Shown here one piece after another: positions 61,601 through 64,000 of a DNA stretch of 64,000 nt. The notes beneath the pieces were generated by a model. That model had not been told where the DNA came from and made no database searches. It worked only from the letters and a program-made list of their open reading frames with translations. Position 1 is the first letter of the stretch. Every line of letters begins with the position of its first letter. The position numbers and the translations under genes were made by a program. The stretch is from Caecitellus pseudoparvulus. Taxonomy: Eukaryota > Protista > Bigyra: Bicosoecida. The stretch covers positions 1 to 64,000 of the forward strand of contig CBFFRQ010000053.1 in NCBI GenBank assembly GCA_965644315.1, read 5' to 3'.

Positions 61601-64000
61601 GGCGGCTTCAAGTTCAGCCCGCGCATGATGGCGCGGTACTCGCCCAGTCGCACCCCCGGCTGCTCGGGCGTCGCAGCAGTGCGGTGCCCTACGAAAGCAA
61701 AGGACGACCCCAGCACTGAGAAGCCCACCGCCACAGCCCCCGCCGTCCACCGCTGCATGCCGCCCATGACATCTTCGTCGTCGTCATCCGAGTCGTCGTC
61801 CTCCAGCAGCATGTCGCCGACATGCGTGCCCAGCCCATGCTCACCGTGCTCTGCCCAGGCATTGCGGCCCAAGTCGCCCGCATCAGGCATGCTGGTGTCT
61901 GGCTTCGCTTGTCCGCCCAGGAAGGGTGGGAGTGCTGCTGCCGCCTTGGCGCCTGCCGCACTCTCGGCTGCAGCCGTCGCCTGGTACCGCGCTTGGCGCA
62001 GGACTTCAGGGGGGGGCACGAGGCCTGAAGACAACACTGCAGTGCTGTCCAGGGTGGCATTCGCCGACGCCAGCGCTGACAGGGACCGATGCGGCAGCTG
62101 GAAGGACGCCGTGACGAGGTCCACCACACGGGGTGCCAGCTCCTCCCGCGCAGCCACGACAAGCAAAATGCTGCCCAGTGCCCGCACGCACACTGTGCGA
62201 ACGTACCGGGCTGCTGCCTCCTGGCGACTGGGCAGTCGTGGGCCGGCAGCCACTGCACTGGCCTCAGTCAGGGTTGACAGCATGGACCTGCCCGAGGGCG
62301 TGGGGGGTGGGTTCGGCCCGGAGGCGGACGGCGCCTTGCCCACTGACCGCGCCCAAGCAGTGGCCCGCCGGCGAGCCATGTCCATGGCCACCTTGCCCCG
62401 CACTTGCTCCCGCGCACGGAGGCCCTGCGTCGGGGGAGGCGCCCGCTGCAGCTCGTGGGCCGTGTCCGCGAATGTTGGCGGCACGGTGCCAGTGCGCAGG
62501 ACAGTGTCGAACAGGCGCTTGGCGGCAGCGGTGGAGACGGGCGCCATGGACTGCCGCCGTGCGGATGCAGTGGGCGCTGGGGCGTCGTCCGTCGTGGGGC
62601 GCTGCAGCAGCACAGGCAACTGGCTCCCCGTCTCCTCTGCCTCCCGCAGGAGAGCTTCCTCCGCTGCCGCCTCCTCAGCCGCCTCTGCAGCTGCTCGTGC
62701 AATGGCGGACTGCTCCAGGTCTTGCACTGCTCCTTGCATGCTCGCTTGCAGCTTGGCGTCCGCCTTGGTCGAAGCGTAGCGCTGTAAGGACGGGTCTTTC
62801 ACTGTGGGGCAGGCGTTCAAAGCGTGCTCGATGCAGGCTACCCACTGCCCAATGGACTGGCGGGGCACGTCCAGCAGTGTCACGGCCCAGATGTCGTGGC
62901 GCCATTCGGCGTCAGACACGCCCAGCCACTTGCGCAGGGGCTGGGGAGGGGGCCACACTGCGCCACGCGGCGCCGCCTGGTGCACCTGGGCGTGTGGAGA
63001 CGGCGTGGAGGGGGCAGTGCTCCCTTCGTCCTCATCTTCCTGAAAGTAGTGATCGTCAGAGTCGTCGGCGAGCGGCGGCGGAGGCATGCCGTCCACCGTC
63101 CATGAGCCACACCAAACTCGCAGCCATGGTCCGCGGAACGTTTCGTCAATGCTGGGCGGGTCGTTCACACTGCCCATGCCTCGTGGGTCGCGCCGAGACC
63201 CAGCTGCCGCTGCCGCCAGACGCCTGCCCCCTGCACTGGCCCCCAACATGCGCTTGGCCTGCATCCGGTCCAGCTGGCGGGGAGGCGGCACGTGGGGGCG
63301 GTGTGACTGCCGGCACAGGCTGGCAAACACCCTGCCCATGAACCGATCCCGCAGGGACCGAGACGGGAACACTGGCACCAGCACAGCGGGGTCTGCGGCG
63401 TCGTGCCCCACAAGGCGAATGGCTGCCGACCCACCTGACAGCGGCGACTCAACGGCACCCCCAAAGTGCACGCCGTGCACGCGCACATTCGTGGTGCACC
63501 GCATGCGGGGGTGGATGTGCAGCACTCGAATCAAGTGCCAGCGAGGGAGCAAATCTGCCGGAAACGATGCGGCTGCTCGGGCAGTGGCATCACCCGCAGC
63601 AGCTGCGGTGGCAGTCTCAGCCACCTGGGACATCCCACGTCTGCCCATGCCATCGCTCGCATCACCAATGTCACTGCCTGCGTCCCGATCCCCTGTTGAG
63701 CCCTTTGAAGCATACAGCGGGGACAGTGCCAGGGTTTGCCGCCGGGCTCGTTTGCGAGTGGCTGTCGTGTGGGCAGGGGACGGCGGCCCCCCAGTCCCGC
63801 CCGTCGCGCCTGCTGCAAACGCGACAGACCCACGTCCGTGCACTCTGCCGGCCCCCTCAGCCTTGCGCTCCTGCTCTTCCTGTGCGGCGACTTCGTCTTC
63901 TTGGCCGCGAATGGCAGCTGCCATGTGCTGCGGCAGGAAGGGAGCCAGCCCTGGCTGCCTATGCCCAGCGCGCCACGCCCGCGTCGCCAAGAACTGCAGC
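55627..64000 (-). CDS. Large inositol-polyphosphate-5-phosphatase-like protein (catalytically degenerate) with two PX domains and a Pro-rich tail; 5' end probably outside the window
   Basis: 5-phosphatase motifs in order: LRVWCGSWTV, DIWAVTLLD, GAVAVGFSVLGSSFAFVG, YDHVFWMADTDSKI, YDQL, FSGFVEQVVRFPPTH, PGYPNRVL, SHHRPVAAVYKV. PX-like segments at ~60049-60309 and ~57505-57772. The frame is open to the window edge. Confidence 0.8.
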   Translation of the reverse strand, partial: LQFLATRAWRAGHRQPGLAPFLPQHMAAAIRGQEDEVAAQEEQERKAEGAGRVHGRGSVAFAAGATGGTGGPPSPAHTTATRKRARRQTLALSPLYASKGSTGDRDAGSDIGDASDGMGRRGMSQVAETATAAAAGDATARAAASFPADLLPRWHLIRVLHIHPRMRCTTNVRVHGVHFGGAVESPLSGGSAAIRLVGHDAADPAVLVPVFPSRSLRDRFMGRVFASLCRQSHRPHVPPPRQLDRMQAKRMLGASAGGRRLAAAAAGSRRDPRGMGSVNDPPSIDETFRGPWLRVWCGSWTVDGMPPPPLADDSDDHYFQEDEDEGSTAPSTPSPHAQVHQAAPRGAVWPPPQPLRKWLGVSDAEWRHDIWAVTLLDVPRQSIGQWVACIEHALNACPTVKDPSLQRYASTKADAKLQASMQGAVQDLEQSAIARAAAEAAEEAAAEEALLREAEETGSQLPVLLQRPTTDDAPAPTASARRQSMAPVSTAAAKRLFDTVLRTGTVPPTFADTAHELQRAPPPTQGLRAREQVRGKVAMDMARRRATAWARSVGKAPSASGPNPPPTPSGRSMLSTLTEASAVAAGPRLPSRQEAAARYVRTVCVRALGSILLVVAAREELAPRVVDLVTASFQLPHRSLSALASANATLDSTAVLSSGLVPPPEVLRQARYQATAAAESAAGAKAAAALPPFLGGQAKPDTSMPDAGDLGRNAWAEHGEHGLGTHVGDMLLEDDDSDDDDEDVMGGMQRWTAGAVAVGFSVLGSSFAFVGHRTAATPEQPGVRLGEYRAIMRGLNLKPPADSSVRGPAPGEDTVLVQEALGSHSTHQGGASEHDDAGSVMSRFSAAAGSLLSSRRRPQATSHAARAESLPTDVPGLPLSGPFSEWYDHVFWMADTDSKIDRGVLQPDYDPFLVAGQVAPSMRDEDEGAVASDVSLRDIRTDVTDMVRSRGWVVDVDARRTMRIVQHMQWQELSGRLGTSAGLGARLKAAMDMSGTAALAELSEQQPAVPAPAFKSALDEVQVQVSLPLPYDQLVHHMVAFTGDAPEAAEAPGQTGSPLSLQQSPSAPQPIRVPEEEGGEGAGGLARGRVIPMPAQVRSPPGGEHRPADGGEYASAAGEGVPPHMQGMNVRVDPLFLPRCWMPGAPNTALMARVYHQLTGDVPQRLTAFAGAGEDSRAIASMSLPPPPAWKLAAAFVELEDPERLPAATVTAACKAAVKEAGGLNRATREVWPIEVRTAEASWRVLRSTEDIYHLAAALQATMQLALPPLPPLNKAGVFTTKARNNAARQKAVQLFLKQLVSCPAAWRSPLLAQFLDNPLDNTLALELGSLWNVVVAAERTAVQLLARSAQDMAPIVDMDAFGRELDSEAIFSGFVEQVVRFPPTHPLPSACGAGPGEAGNIAVTAGRLAFDSTAHKDAVEAFGPAWLMPGYPNRVLHTSAQHVLDKVTSEGYTATLSVTHSHHRPVAAVYKVTTQLPYVALPPSHYIPGAAGDEQRTTHAGALVDTSKPTPRRMSWFSPDAGPTGKAAPTGHGTAAATHEIPFHAVNTPVNPTTADFRFTQGTKVSVVFQGIAFRPNPSASFAPGLQPAVESAAERFFRLACLAGGAAGRAQDTTGDEGLQEEADAPRALASPPHHASFRSMAPTLASVPEGSRGEPVSPPRPQQAMPPTPRRTVSRRVSFSPHALHPADAHKPNMTPGASSSAASTWGDGDGTSVGTGSVVGGAGRLELGGSAPPDRLLSDVAKVPVDPLLMEKDSHVYMELHAPELCGEVLVSEAVAPGKVKRKAGAPALYEDGAGGMNDALLGDVLATAGEGGVPADPDGATVYAWPNDHFPAMHCSTPDPRWVATRAVRVLLRRAPSEATRRFSRSARKRHAAVVGTATVPLWSAFYSGVAAGEAEVAAATGSRLRNVAPDEELGPHPENWWNEAFSCVADQPICTGGVTSVRGYGFTAPVMRDGMVVGTLAGRVAVLPREEPQQLARRALGIKSVVSQHVASMQAAVLGAMHAQVQASMAQEAAEEGYEAPHVPSPAELGLEPPKPAPLGSLKMLQQLLQGVSVEAVARESDGTSKALGGNIYQVEVVWGGVAWQVRRTTSQLRRLHALLKHASETMPGMAAVRLPSLPGSSLFTGGGEGRQDAWSGFLQAAVQHPALWRVPEALAVLDSPERPLAAAAPLFRFAAWLRQLPVKVAAARCYFLPMTADNLERALQGKGKAASEDGQLTLQALEARRAALISSRRSIAMLRESPAAIAQRMAVMAAKEGVEVEGREGAATSLVPRAGTVRVTDMVQQVLAAARGQAADTRILNIAKRNAATVMQALDESGEGQDCDWKAVLLAPPGAGLRVLASSDEVVATSPPSHATDGDAEGAVGEEGAASPTLSTHSLPAVLQTVPQETAALPRTSHVLDSNPEEYAFGFFGAGLGFQEGASAAAEPMSAEASSPDVAKDATPLSGDAGASDARAEEPAETPATPDSPPVSQPARQESASPDSAGSAASEASASPPPSAQEVCQAPESKRQDVPVLKVPPPPPPRVAAQPSLPSISPLSQEPSPQAPPATAVVQERKRPDEPPPAPAVAVEPPVPQPTQSVPAQAEAPMASAAPARQVEQPPAHTDRVAMTPKLVVQRRVVKAAPAVAPAASPSIPEAARVLLGSPVGEQGHPPHTAPAGNASTPRPKRPPPSAASPAAIAALRQAEAEISAVSAGLRGQSGRLQSARQRVDALLSRGPVEEVQAAAPGRAPSGEPSAPVASKAQAAAERHEAGSRLVSLSELGRSLRATPGPAAKLRVTRK

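Noticed and set aside
1-64000. Genome-wide stop-codon reassignment to explain the broken ORFs
   Set aside because: Intact genes end normally in TGA, TAG and TAA. Breaks are explained by frameshifts (LINE) or GT-AG introns; the only supported in-frame UGA is the SelT Sec codon.

Overview
Left end of a chromosome from a GC-rich, intron-poor eukaryote with vertebrate-type TTAGGG telomeres. The gene content suggests a free-living heterotrophic protist, possibly a stramenopile; this is inference only. From the tip inward: (1) a (CCCTAA)n telomere at 1-484. (2) A ~7.6-kb non-LTR retrotransposon at 485-8112 with APE endonuclease, RT and a C-terminal CCHC finger, plus a probable Ulp1/C48-like protease upstream. 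It has no poly(A) tail and sits between the terminal telomere and an internal tract of 18 CTAACC repeats (8113-8220). (3) A degenerate DDE-transposase-like ORF abutting that internal tract. (4) A 38-aa-period ankyrin gene and a collapsed paralog. (5) Two tandem giant surface-receptor-like genes: one RCC1/IPT, one FG-GAP/RCC1/mucin, both ending in a multi-TM domain. (6) A compact housekeeping block: selenoprotein T (in-frame UGA hidden behind an intron and missed by the ORF track), a P-loop-less kinesin-like protein, an SLC25 carrier, a class-3 lipase, an SLC38/AAAP transporter, a TPR+cNMP protein, and a catalytically degenerate inositol 5-phosphatase with PX domains that runs off the window. 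The best candidate for a new system is the telomere-embedded LINE, whose polarity and junctions fit reverse transcription primed on the telomeric G-strand. All domain calls are by eye from motifs; no searches were run.
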